A stretch of DNA of 51,549 nt from a virus (taxonomy: Duplodnaviria; Heunggongvirae; Uroviricota; Caudoviricetes): positions 1-51,549 of IMG/VR virus record IMGVR_UViG_3300020045_006153; one strand, given 5' to 3'. The position numbers and the translations under genes were made by a program. Every line of letters starts with the position of its first letter. Position 1 is the first letter of the stretch. The notes under the pieces were generated by a model. The model did not search any database. It saw nothing but the letters and a program-made list of their open reading frames with translations, and was not told the DNA's origin. Positions 8,692 to 17,724 of the stretch are shown here, one piece after another.

Positions 8692-9379
8692 TTGCAATCC
8701 TGTTATAAAATTCAGGAAACGGATTAACAGGCCATCTTAATGCAAGTTGTTCTTGTAAAGTAATTTTATAGAATATTTTAAAATCAACGTCGCCGTTTTC
8801 GTTCGTTGCCCTATCAAATCTATTAGTTGAATCCATTCCAATAATACCTGATAATAATTGCTTAGAAATATATGGACTATCTTTTTCCATACACGCATAG
8901 AAATCAAATGTTTTTAGAATGCCGTCTTTGATGTAAAAACAATGTGGATATAAGGATACTTTGTATGTGCCTAGGTCATCGATTTCTTTTAAAAAATCAA
9001 ACATTTGTTCTTGCCAATCAGGACATTCAGTATCTAAATTACGACCAGTTATTAATATACGATTAATAGTATCTGGATGATATTCAATAAAAACTCGACG
9101 CTTATCAATATCAACATCAATTAATTTTGGCATCCATTTTTTACCTTGAAACTTAACAAGATTTTTAACTTCTCGCTCAAAAAAGAAATCAACTAAGTCT
9201 TTCTTAAGGACACCGTACGGTCGCTTATTTGTAGTTTGATATGTATGTGTTTCATCATACAACATACACATTATGTTTTCTTCAGGATTAACAATCGGAG
9301 TGTATAACATATTAGTGGTAACTGGATTGCCGCTAACATCTAATTTGTAAAAATAATGCCAATTACTTATATCTATCAT
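8684..9379 (-). CDS. Protein-kinase-like fold protein with atypical catalytic loop
   Basis: FEREVKNL, MPKLID, VFIEY, DWQEQM, YKVSLYPHC and FDFY; paralogue of 4951-5643. Confidence 0.55.
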   Translation of the reverse strand: MIDISNWHYFYKLDVSGNPVTTNMLYTPIVNPEENIMCMLYDETHTYQTTNKRPYGVLKKDLVDFFFEREVKNLVKFQGKKWMPKLIDVDIDKRRVFIEYHPDTINRILITGRNLDTECPDWQEQMFDFLKEIDDLGTYKVSLYPHCFYIKDGILKTFDFYACMEKDSPYISKQLLSGIIGMDSTNRFDRATNENGDVDFKIFYKITLQEQLALRWPVNPFPEFYNRIANV

Positions 9380-10050
9380 AAAATTTCCAGTGTTAATCCG
9401 TTTACTAGTTTACTTTGCAGATCAGATAACAGAGATCGATCCATTTTAAATGTTGCTTCTTCGCCGTGCTCAAAAGTAAAATTTGTTAAAGAATTAGTTT
9501 TGTTTGCCCAATTTAACCATGGACTTAAAATATCATCAAACACAAATCTACCGTGATCCTTTGTAAATCCTGCTGTGCTAATTTTAACTGAAATAGGATT
9601 AGAAATAAATCCAGCCTTTAACAATTTTCGAACAACTAATTGTGTACGAACTGTTCGTCCAAAGTTAACTGCACTATGTAACTTACCAGTATCCATTTCA
9701 TACCATATGCCATCTGTTTGCAGTCTATGCATATGTCCGTGTTCTAAATCAACTAGGTACGCTTTTTCGCTTGACAGGGTTAGATGATATCTATCATCTA
9801 TATCAGCATGGCTGTGATAACATGTACCTGGTAATAAGTTAATAATACGGGCTTCACCTACTACTAATGGTAGTGTTTCATATATATCTTTCCAAATCGT
9901 ATTTTTTAATTCATCCTTTAATACCCAAGGATCATAAAAGAAATTGCCTGTTGGTTTATTAATAGCAAAACGGAAATCAGGGGAAGGCAAATTGTTAACA
10001 GCAGTTTGCAACATATTAGGTGTTACTGTATAGTGTGTTTTAATTAGCAT
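9376..10050 (-). CDS. 2OG-Fe(II) oxygenase, Asp/Asn beta-hydroxylase-like, with extra C-terminal domain
   Basis: LLPGTCYHSHADIDDRYHL ... LHSAVNFG..VR. Confidence 0.7.
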   Translation of the reverse strand: MLIKTHYTVTPNMLQTAVNNLPSPDFRFAINKPTGNFFYDPWVLKDELKNTIWKDIYETLPLVVGEARIINLLPGTCYHSHADIDDRYHLTLSSEKAYLVDLEHGHMHRLQTDGIWYEMDTGKLHSAVNFGRTVRTQLVVRKLLKAGFISNPISVKISTAGFTKDHGRFVFDDILSPWLNWANKTNSLTNFTFEHGEEATFKMDRSLLSDLQSKLVNGLTLEIL

Positions 10051-10068
10051 GTAAATATTTATATGCTA
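10045..10068. promoter_or_regulatory. Palindromic bidirectional late-type promoter
   Basis: TAGCATGTAAATATTTATATGCTA: 11 of 12 pairs complementary, with TAAATA on both strands, each 5 nt before an ATG. Confidence 0.7.
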
Positions 10069-10938
10069 CTTTTTATAGTTAAATATTTCATGAAGTATAA
10101 AGTAGCACCTGCATATTCTGCAGAGTATTTAGAAGTAGAGCGACCGAGTCCGCTTTCTGATACAGTAATTGAACAACTAATACAAGATGTATTAAGCGGC
10201 AAACTAGACAAAGATATAACTGATTCAGTATATACTAATTTTAAAGTAGAAACTGCAAACTGGTTAATTACATCTAAATTAAACAAATTAACAGGATTAG
10301 AAGCATTTAATCGAGTTGACATTATAAACGGATGTACTCAATTTATTGATAATTTATATATGCAAGGACCTGTTCAAGTACTTAATGGAGATTATCGATA
10401 TCACAAACGATTAGGCAATTCATATATAAGAGAAGTCGGGTCGTTGATTCCTGGAATTCCATTAATTATTGCATTGCCGTTTCCTAGTATAGGAGCAATA
10501 CATGTTAACATGGATGAAATATTACATGAATGCCTTATAAAGAACATTCCTATACACATTGATGGCGCATGGGTTACCTGTTGTAAAGATATTATTTTTG
10601 ATTTTAACCACCTTTCTATTCATAGTGTAGGAATTAGTCTAAGTAAAGGATTAGGATTAGGCTGGAATCGAGTAGGGCTCCGATGGACTAGGAATCCTGT
10701 ACAAGATAGTGTTACAATAATGAATGACTTCCGCATGAATCTTCGTGCACCTGCAATGATAGGATTACATTTTGTACGTAATCTTCCACAAGATTATTTG
10801 TGGAATACATATGGTAACATATATTACGAAGTGTGTAATGACTTTAATCTCACTCCGACTAATAGTATATACCTAGCACATCAAAACGGAAACCCTGTAG
10901 GAGTAAGTCCTTTAATAAGATATGTCACAGAACAGTAA
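10063..10938 (+). CDS. PLP-dependent enzyme-like protein (fold type I)
   Basis: IHIDGAW (conserved Asp) and SLSKGLGLGWNRVG (Schiff-base Lys, RxG). Alternative start at 10090. Confidence 0.55.
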   Translation: MLLFIVKYFMKYKVAPAYSAEYLEVERPSPLSDTVIEQLIQDVLSGKLDKDITDSVYTNFKVETANWLITSKLNKLTGLEAFNRVDIINGCTQFIDNLYMQGPVQVLNGDYRYHKRLGNSYIREVGSLIPGIPLIIALPFPSIGAIHVNMDEILHECLIKNIPIHIDGAWVTCCKDIIFDFNHLSIHSVGISLSKGLGLGWNRVGLRWTRNPVQDSVTIMNDFRMNLRAPAMIGLHFVRNLPQDYLWNTYGNIYYEVCNDFNLTPTNSIYLAHQNGNPVGVSPLIRYVTEQ

Positions 10939-12184
10939 AACATTTTGTATGCACCCGTTTACGGGATTAGCAACTAGAGAAGACGGAGCAATACAAGCAT
11001 GCTGCCGCAGCCACCCCGTGGGCTTTATCACTAAAGACACATTGGAAGATATTTGGAATAATGATACGATGAAACGTATTCGCAAGCAAGTACTAAACAA
11101 TGAACGTCCTAAGGAGTGTGAGCCATGTTTTGGGCTAGAAGATCAAGGTGTTGAAAGCCTTAGACAACGGCATATTGCAGGAGTAATTCCAGAAGCACGG
11201 ATCACACTGTACCCGAATGCAGTTAGTACAATGAGGGATGATTATTCTATGCCCTTTGAAATTGCAACAATGGAGATTAAACTAAACAACCTTTGCAATC
11301 TCAAATGCCGCATGTGTCATCCTATGGATAGTACAAGTTGGAATGACTGGAAAGAAGTTGAAGAATTTTATGTAAAAGAAAACAACTTTATGGTAAAGGC
11401 AATTAAAGACCTTAACCTAATGCAAAAGCCTTATCTTGATAAGTTTGACGATAATCCTAATTGGTGGATTAGTTTTGAGAAATTGTTACCGTATTTTCGT
11501 AGAGTAGAATTCGCAGGCGGCGAGCCGCTTATGGATCCACAACATTATCGCATACTCGATATGCTTGCTCCGTATGGGCATCAAATAGAAATTAAGTATG
11601 CAACCAATGCAACTATGTTAGGCAAAGGCAAACGCACTGTTTGGGAATATTGGCCTAAGTTTAAATCTGTTGCAGTTAATGTAAGCATTGACGGTATTGG
11701 TCCTAGTTATGAATATATACGAGGTAATGCAGATTGGGACGAAGTAATCGCTAACATTAAATTAATGCAAACTATTCCTAATATTAGTCGTATCGTTGGC
11801 GCAGTAGCAGTTCAAGTAAGTAATGTATTAATATTAGATGAAATGATTGAATATTTCTTAAATGATCTCAACATTATATTTTACACCAATATTGTTAAGT
11901 ATCCAACTGTATTATCTGTACAAGTATTGCCAGTCGAAATAAAAGAACTAGCAATAGGTAAACTAACTGCAATACGAAAACGAGTACATATGTTTAAAAA
12001 AGTAATTGAAAATCCTATATTACTCGATCTTACTTACAAACAAATAGACGGCATTATAAATTATATCAATTCAAAAGATGAAAGCAGCAAATGGCAAGAT
12101 TGCATTTCATACAACAGTAAATTAGATGCAACCCGAACACAAAGTTTCTTCGATACAACTCCGGAATTTAAAGATTATGAATGA
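10922..12184 (+). CDS. Radical SAM protein with N-terminal SPASM/twitch-like Cys cluster (sub-family A)
   Basis: CNLKCRMC, FAGGEP and TN motifs; N-terminal FCMHPF...ACC...CEPC. Confidence 0.9.
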   Translation: MSQNSKTFCMHPFTGLATREDGAIQACCRSHPVGFITKDTLEDIWNNDTMKRIRKQVLNNERPKECEPCFGLEDQGVESLRQRHIAGVIPEARITLYPNAVSTMRDDYSMPFEIATMEIKLNNLCNLKCRMCHPMDSTSWNDWKEVEEFYVKENNFMVKAIKDLNLMQKPYLDKFDDNPNWWISFEKLLPYFRRVEFAGGEPLMDPQHYRILDMLAPYGHQIEIKYATNATMLGKGKRTVWEYWPKFKSVAVNVSIDGIGPSYEYIRGNADWDEVIANIKLMQTIPNISRIVGAVAVQVSNVLILDEMIEYFLNDLNIIFYTNIVKYPTVLSVQVLPVEIKELAIGKLTAIRKRVHMFKKVIENPILLDLTYKQIDGIINYINSKDESSKWQDCISYNSKLDATRTQSFFDTTPEFKDYE

Positions 12185-13007
12185 TTTTTGTTTAATTGGT
12201 GACAAAACAGTAGCAGATACAGAAGTTAACTTTTATTCAACTGATAGTGAAGAGTTATATCAGACAAATATAAAAAGAATTCCAAATTGGATATGGAAAG
12301 ACATTCCTATTATATACAAATGGAATTCATTAGGATATCGATCAAAACAATTTGAAGAAATTAATAAACTTAATTATGGAATTGTTGCAGGATGCAGCAA
12401 TACTGTAGGTGTTGGAGTTCCTAAAGAAAAAACATTTGCAGGATTAATCGAATCTAATTTATATGTAGATATAATGAATATTGCAAAAACAGGAGCAAGT
12501 AATGAGTTTATATTCTTTAATGTACTGCATATGCTCGATAAGTTAAAAACTACACCTCCGAAATTTGTTGTTATTAACTGGACATATTTAAATCGAATGC
12601 TATGGTTTAAAAAAACAGATGATGTAGAATGGTTATTTCATTGGACTCCGAATACACCAGGATGGCCACTTAAAAATAATCTTCATGCAACTACTGAAAG
12701 TAAAATTAGCGAAATGCATTTACTATTAGATAACGATTATCATATTAACATGAAATATTTTTATTACAGAAAAACAATTCGATTAATTGCAAATACCTTG
12801 AATATTAAACTAATCGAATTTACCTATGATCATATGCAGGATAGGACTCGTATTCATTATATAAATAATAGTGCTAACAATATAAATCAACGATTTGGTC
12901 GAGACATGCAAGTATACGACCAAATCAATCCTACAAAATCCGGTGGCCATCCTGGCACCGGATTACATCAAGAAACATTTAACTATATTAACCTATGTCT
13001 AAAGTAA
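12177..13007 (+). CDS. SGNH/GDSL-like protein
   Basis: WNSLGYRS, AGCSNTVG (block I Ser), NIAKTGASN (block II) and GHPG (block V His). Start moved to 12177. Confidence 0.5.
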   Translation: MNDFCLIGDKTVADTEVNFYSTDSEELYQTNIKRIPNWIWKDIPIIYKWNSLGYRSKQFEEINKLNYGIVAGCSNTVGVGVPKEKTFAGLIESNLYVDIMNIAKTGASNEFIFFNVLHMLDKLKTTPPKFVVINWTYLNRMLWFKKTDDVEWLFHWTPNTPGWPLKNNLHATTESKISEMHLLLDNDYHINMKYFYYRKTIRLIANTLNIKLIEFTYDHMQDRTRIHYINNSANNINQRFGRDMQVYDQINPTKSGGHPGTGLHQETFNYINLCLK

Positions 13008-13891
13008 TAGGTAAATGGCCACATCAGAATTCTATTAAAATTGAATGGAATTTAACAAAACGTTGTAACTACGACTGTTCTTATTGCCCTGCAAGTATAC
13101 ATGACAATTCAAGTAAACCAGTTGATATAGAAATACTAAAAGGAACTATTGACAAATTAGTTGCAATAGGTAAACCGATTCGTTTAAGTTTTACAGGTGG
13201 TGAGCCCACGGTGCATCCTAAATTTTCTGAATTATTACATTATGCAAGAGATAAAGGAATTAATTGGATTAGTGTAACTACTAACGGAACACGTACAGCA
13301 GATTGGTATATGGTACAACCTGTTGACCAGTATGTGTTTAGTATACATTTCGAGTACGATTGGTTGCGAGTTGTTAACACAATTAAAGAAGTTTCATTAT
13401 GCAGAAACATACAGTTGCTTGCACAAATTATGGCACATCATAACAAAATGGATGATGTAAGGACAGCCCATTCTATGTTATCATCTTCAATTGTTCCAAC
13501 GACTATCAGACGTATACGATGGACAGAAGGTGATCACGATTTGTTTGACGATATGCGATATCATCCAGATGACTTAAATTGGGTAACACACCATATAGCA
13601 ACTGTAAAACCAAATGTATTAATAGATGGTAAAGAATACCACGCCAATGACGTTATTAAATTACATCTTAACAAATACAAAGACTGGACATGTTTTGCAG
13701 GCATTGAAAGTCTAATGATAAATTGGGACGGAGACGTTCATAGGGCTACATGCAGAGTAGGCGGAAGTCTAGGAAATATGTACGAAAATACGTTTAAAAT
13801 TCCTGATGCTCCGATAATTTGTAATAGAAATCACTGTACTTGTGCGTCAGATATTCCTCTTACTAAATATACACAGGAGAGTTTGTTATGA
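12995..13891 (+). CDS. Radical SAM protein (sub-family C) with C-terminal Cys cluster
   Basis: CNYDCSYC, FTGGEPT, TTNG; C-terminal WTC...TC...ICNRNHCTC. Confidence 0.9.
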   Translation: MSKVIGKWPHQNSIKIEWNLTKRCNYDCSYCPASIHDNSSKPVDIEILKGTIDKLVAIGKPIRLSFTGGEPTVHPKFSELLHYARDKGINWISVTTNGTRTADWYMVQPVDQYVFSIHFEYDWLRVVNTIKEVSLCRNIQLLAQIMAHHNKMDDVRTAHSMLSSSIVPTTIRRIRWTEGDHDLFDDMRYHPDDLNWVTHHIATVKPNVLIDGKEYHANDVIKLHLNKYKDWTCFAGIESLMINWDGDVHRATCRVGGSLGNMYENTFKIPDAPIICNRNHCTCASDIPLTKYTQESLL

Positions 13892-14235
13892 ACCTAATTA
13901 CGCTTAGTATTGATTTTAGTAAAGTGATTGGCTTGCCGTCAATTGACAATAAGTATTGGTTGCATTTATATGCAACTAGTTTGCCAGGAATACCGAATTA
14001 TTGGACATGGGATTCAATTGAAATAATCGCACATTCAATTGCAGACCGATACGGTATTATGTTAGGCGACGAAGTGTCACCGTTTGCGTTTAATCCCACA
14101 ACAAGTGTATTAACATTAAGTTGGTTCCATGCTGATCCTAATGTTTTAGAAGCATTTAAGCAAGACATTCTTACTACGCAACCGTTTGTTGCGATATTTA
14201 CTGCGCTACGTAATGCAGGCGCAGTTATAGTTTAA
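13888..14235 (+). CDS. Hypothetical protein, 115 aa
   Basis: ATGA-type coupling to the upstream radical SAM gene, with CAGGAG upstream; no recognised motif. Confidence 0.6.
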   Translation: MNLITLSIDFSKVIGLPSIDNKYWLHLYATSLPGIPNYWTWDSIEIIAHSIADRYGIMLGDEVSPFAFNPTTSVLTLSWFHADPNVLEAFKQDILTTQPFVAIFTALRNAGAVIV

Positions 14236-15215
14236 TCTAGTTTTCTCTTGGTAGCAGAAGTGTTACCAGTACATGAACCACAAACCGGTAAGGTGCATAT
14301 AACAGGTGCAATTATCGGTTTAAATTTGTCTGCAAACTCTGGATCAAATAAATTAAAATTCTCAGTTGCACCGTACAGCATTTGTCCACAAGAACTATGT
14401 ACAGTTCCTTGATTGTTAATAAACAATATCTCGATGCCTACATTACATTCCCAACCTTTAAATCGATTATGTAAGTTAAGTCCAAACCAATTTGGATTAC
14501 TAGTCTTAAATGTAGTATCGTCGCTAAAGAATGCAGTGTAATTTTTAACAGCAACATCATCTTCGTATCTGTGCATCATACGATCTTCGGGCATTCGTTT
14601 TAATGTAGTTTCTAAAAACTTCATTTGCTCAGGAGTATAATCAAACACTCCGTCGATATACAACGGTTTAACGATAACAGGCCATTTCTTTTCAGTTGCC
14701 ATTATTCGATCGTAATTAGCCATACACTTATCCCAATTCTTATGATCCATAAGCACATTAGTATTAAACACTGCATCCTTATCGTATAATAGTTCTCCTA
14801 GTTTAACAATATGATCAATCTTTGCACTCTCGTGGTGCACACTAATATTGATATTAAAGAAGTGATGAGAATGTTCTTCCCACCAGCGCAATGTACGTGA
14901 TCCATTTGTTAGAAGAACTACTTTAACATTACAATTATCTAGTAGATGCTGAGTTAGTTCAGTTAGTTTTGACCATAATGTAGGTTCTCCGCCTAGCAAT
15001 ATAAGTTCGATATCATCGACTAAATTAGAAGTCCTATAGTGGTTTACTAACGCAACTAAACTCTTTTTGACTACTTCCACATCTGGCCACGGCTTATCTC
15101 CACTATTGAAGTCCGGAAAACAGTACCAACATTTATAGTTACATACATTGCTTAAATCGTAATATATCTTTAATAATTTAGGATGACTAGATTCAATTTT
15201 AATAATTTTTCTCAT
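14232..15215 (-). CDS. Radical SAM protein (sub-family C)
   Basis: CNYKCWYC, GGEPT, TNGS; C-terminal WEC...SC...ICTLPVCGSC. Confidence 0.9.
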   Translation of the reverse strand: MRKIIKIESSHPKLLKIYYDLSNVCNYKCWYCFPDFNSGDKPWPDVEVVKKSLVALVNHYRTSNLVDDIELILLGGEPTLWSKLTELTQHLLDNCNVKVVLLTNGSRTLRWWEEHSHHFFNINISVHHESAKIDHIVKLGELLYDKDAVFNTNVLMDHKNWDKCMANYDRIMATEKKWPVIVKPLYIDGVFDYTPEQMKFLETTLKRMPEDRMMHRYEDDVAVKNYTAFFSDDTTFKTSNPNWFGLNLHNRFKGWECNVGIEILFINNQGTVHSSCGQMLYGATENFNLFDPEFADKFKPIIAPVICTLPVCGSCTGNTSATKRKLD

Positions 15216-16624
15216 AGGATGGATTTTAGTTCGGGAAATACTGACAAGGCATCTAGTTTTCTAATAGTGTCAATATTAGTTATGTACTCCTTGAAATCAG
15301 GTAACAAATTACTATGATCTTCTGCTTCTACAAATTTAAGTATTGCTTCCCAACGTTTCCATCCATATGGATTATCTTTCCAAAAATTATCATCCTGTCT
15401 ATAATTATCCCATAGCCATTGTTTAAAGTCTGCAAATTGTTTACGTAATTCGTCTTTATCTTCTTTAGGCAATATTCTAGCACTAAGAAATGTAGGAATA
15501 TACAATAAGTGTAAATTAATAATGCCGCCGCCGGTTTCATAATCGTCTAATGTAAACTTATTAATTTTTTTAAAACCTTGTGATAGTTTCCACTTAGCAA
15601 ATTCTATAATATGTTTTATGTTCAACACCTGTACTGCACATGCAATTGCACAATGAACGTTGTCTGGTGCAGCATCCATCATCCATAAACTTTTCTCTAT
15701 ATCTTTCCAATCAGAAGGATATCGAATATAATGATTTCGATCCATTAATGCATCGATACTAAATGCATAACGCACTCTTTTAAATTGCGCCCATACACTA
15801 ATAATATCTTCATTTACAAATATACCATTACTGTTGTAACGCAGACTTATGTTCTTTGCATATCCACGTTTAATAATCTCGTCAAGAAATCTACGATGTT
15901 CCTTGATCATTAATGGTTCGCCACCTGCAAAGTACAATTGCGTTATGTGTGGAATCTGTTCAAATATTTCTTCCCACAGTTCAGGCTTCTCATACCAATA
16001 GTTGTCAAACGTTTTTGCATCCCATTCTATCTGTTTAATAACAATAGGACTTTTTGTCATTTTAACCAATGTTGGATGTTCCTGTACCCAACGACTACTA
16101 TCGTGAGGTGAACACATAACACATTTCAAATTACAGGTATGGCCGAGACGTAAATCAAAATAACGAATAACAGGAGGAACGGTTCCATCTTCCGCAGTAT
16201 CCTTAATAAGTTGTTCAACATCAAGTCCGTCTCTTGTCCATTCATACATTTCCCAAAGTCGCTTACTGACAACTCCATTACTTTCTTCTTCGAAGCATTT
16301 AGTACAACTTGCAGGTATCTTTTCATCTAACATTGCTAAACGAACATCTCGCATATAATCATTATTGAATGCTTCCATTAAGGTATCTTTGCCGAAGTTA
16401 GCAGGTTCTCCGTTTTCTTTTTTAATTAACCCGACGGTGTGATCTCCGGTGTGCGCCCCACTTGCGTTAGTAACGCAACAAAGGCGTGCATCACCATTTG
16501 GTCGAGTAGCAACATGTAACCAAGGAAGTGCACAGAAACTATGTGAACCAGATGCCTCTTTAATCTTGCGCTGTTCTTTACCAATGCGACTTGTTTCTGG
16601 TTGAAGCCAAAATATATTATTCAT
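15212..16624 (-). CDS. Radical SAM protein with N-terminal SPASM/twitch-like cluster (sub-family A)
   Basis: FCALPW...LCC...CTKC; CNLKCVMC; FAGGEP. Confidence 0.9.
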   Translation of the reverse strand: MNNIFWLQPETSRIGKEQRKIKEASGSHSFCALPWLHVATRPNGDARLCCVTNASGAHTGDHTVGLIKKENGEPANFGKDTLMEAFNNDYMRDVRLAMLDEKIPASCTKCFEEESNGVVSKRLWEMYEWTRDGLDVEQLIKDTAEDGTVPPVIRYFDLRLGHTCNLKCVMCSPHDSSRWVQEHPTLVKMTKSPIVIKQIEWDAKTFDNYWYEKPELWEEIFEQIPHITQLYFAGGEPLMIKEHRRFLDEIIKRGYAKNISLRYNSNGIFVNEDIISVWAQFKRVRYAFSIDALMDRNHYIRYPSDWKDIEKSLWMMDAAPDNVHCAIACAVQVLNIKHIIEFAKWKLSQGFKKINKFTLDDYETGGGIINLHLLYIPTFLSARILPKEDKDELRKQFADFKQWLWDNYRQDDNFWKDNPYGWKRWEAILKFVEAEDHSNLLPDFKEYITNIDTIRKLDALSVFPELKSIL

Positions 16625-17717
16625 TTACTTGTGTGTTCTTAACTGTTTGTTCTATAATCTGTATATACGGACTGCCTGCACTACACATTGTAATGCAAGG
16701 TCCTGATCCTTTGCTTGCCCACTTCTCTTCCCAAATAGTTTGCCATTTGGTATTGTCTAACAATGTTTTAATACCGTTATCGAGTGCGCTGATGTTACCT
16801 ACTTCTCTTACAAAATCCCATAACTCATTTTGAATTTCATGTGCAGGCGCTAGGACCATATCATCTAAGTATAGATTATATTGCCTATGTAAGTCAACAT
16901 CAAAGTTCATATAAAGGAAAGATGCAACCATACAACATGGAGTTATTTGATATTGAGCATCAATAAATATCTCTCGTCCTTTTTGTGCAAAGCAACTAAT
17001 TTCTGTTGCACGTGGCCAATCCTTATAAGTCTTAACCATGTCCTTACTAACAAACTTAATTGTATTGTTAGTTGGCTGATCAATGTAATGTGTAATTACA
17101 CCATCCGTATCAATTACGGGAAATGATCTACCAAATCGTTTGCTATCTTTAACCTTAAAGTTAACAAATCCGATCTCTTTAGCAAGTGCTTCGCATTGTT
17201 CTACTTGATGTTGATTATGTCTAAATCGTATAAAGTCCCAATCTGCAGTGCCGCCTGCATTAATAAAGGTAGTTGCATTCTTTATAATTTGATCAAAGTA
17301 TGTACCTATGCGATATAGTTTATGTGTATCTTCTAATCCATCTAATGCAAATATAACACGGTGATTAGTTGGCAATACTTTGTATAGATTTTTCCACCAA
17401 GTAGTTGATCTAGCACTGCCATTTGTATGTATAAGGATAGTAATAGAAGGCTTAACTGTAGACGCATACTCACACATCTTAATAAGATCGTTATTGAGTA
17501 TGGGCTCTCCGAAATTACCACAGAACGATATTCGAGATATCTGGTTAAGCACTTCTAATGTAAAGATGCTTTTAAAATCATCTAATGTCCAGTCATTCAT
17601 TTTTAATAATGGATTTTCCGGACCTCCGTTTATATTACGGGGACACATTGGACAACTGGCTTGGCAGTTGTTTGTAATCTCTAAGTGGACTACTTCTAAC
17701 TCTTCAAATTTGAACAT
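16617..17717 (-). CDS. Radical SAM protein (sub-family B)
   Basis: HLEITNNCQASCPMC, CGNFGEP, HTNGS; C-terminal SC...PCC...CITMC. Confidence 0.9.
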   Translation of the reverse strand: MFKFEELEVVHLEITNNCQASCPMCPRNINGGPENPLLKMNDWTLDDFKSIFTLEVLNQISRISFCGNFGEPILNNDLIKMCEYASTVKPSITILIHTNGSARSTTWWKNLYKVLPTNHRVIFALDGLEDTHKLYRIGTYFDQIIKNATTFINAGGTADWDFIRFRHNQHQVEQCEALAKEIGFVNFKVKDSKRFGRSFPVIDTDGVITHYIDQPTNNTIKFVSKDMVKTYKDWPRATEISCFAQKGREIFIDAQYQITPCCMVASFLYMNFDVDLHRQYNLYLDDMVLAPAHEIQNELWDFVREVGNISALDNGIKTLLDNTKWQTIWEEKWASKGSGPCITMCSAGSPYIQIIEQTVKNTQVNE

Positions 17718-17724
17718 GAAGTAT

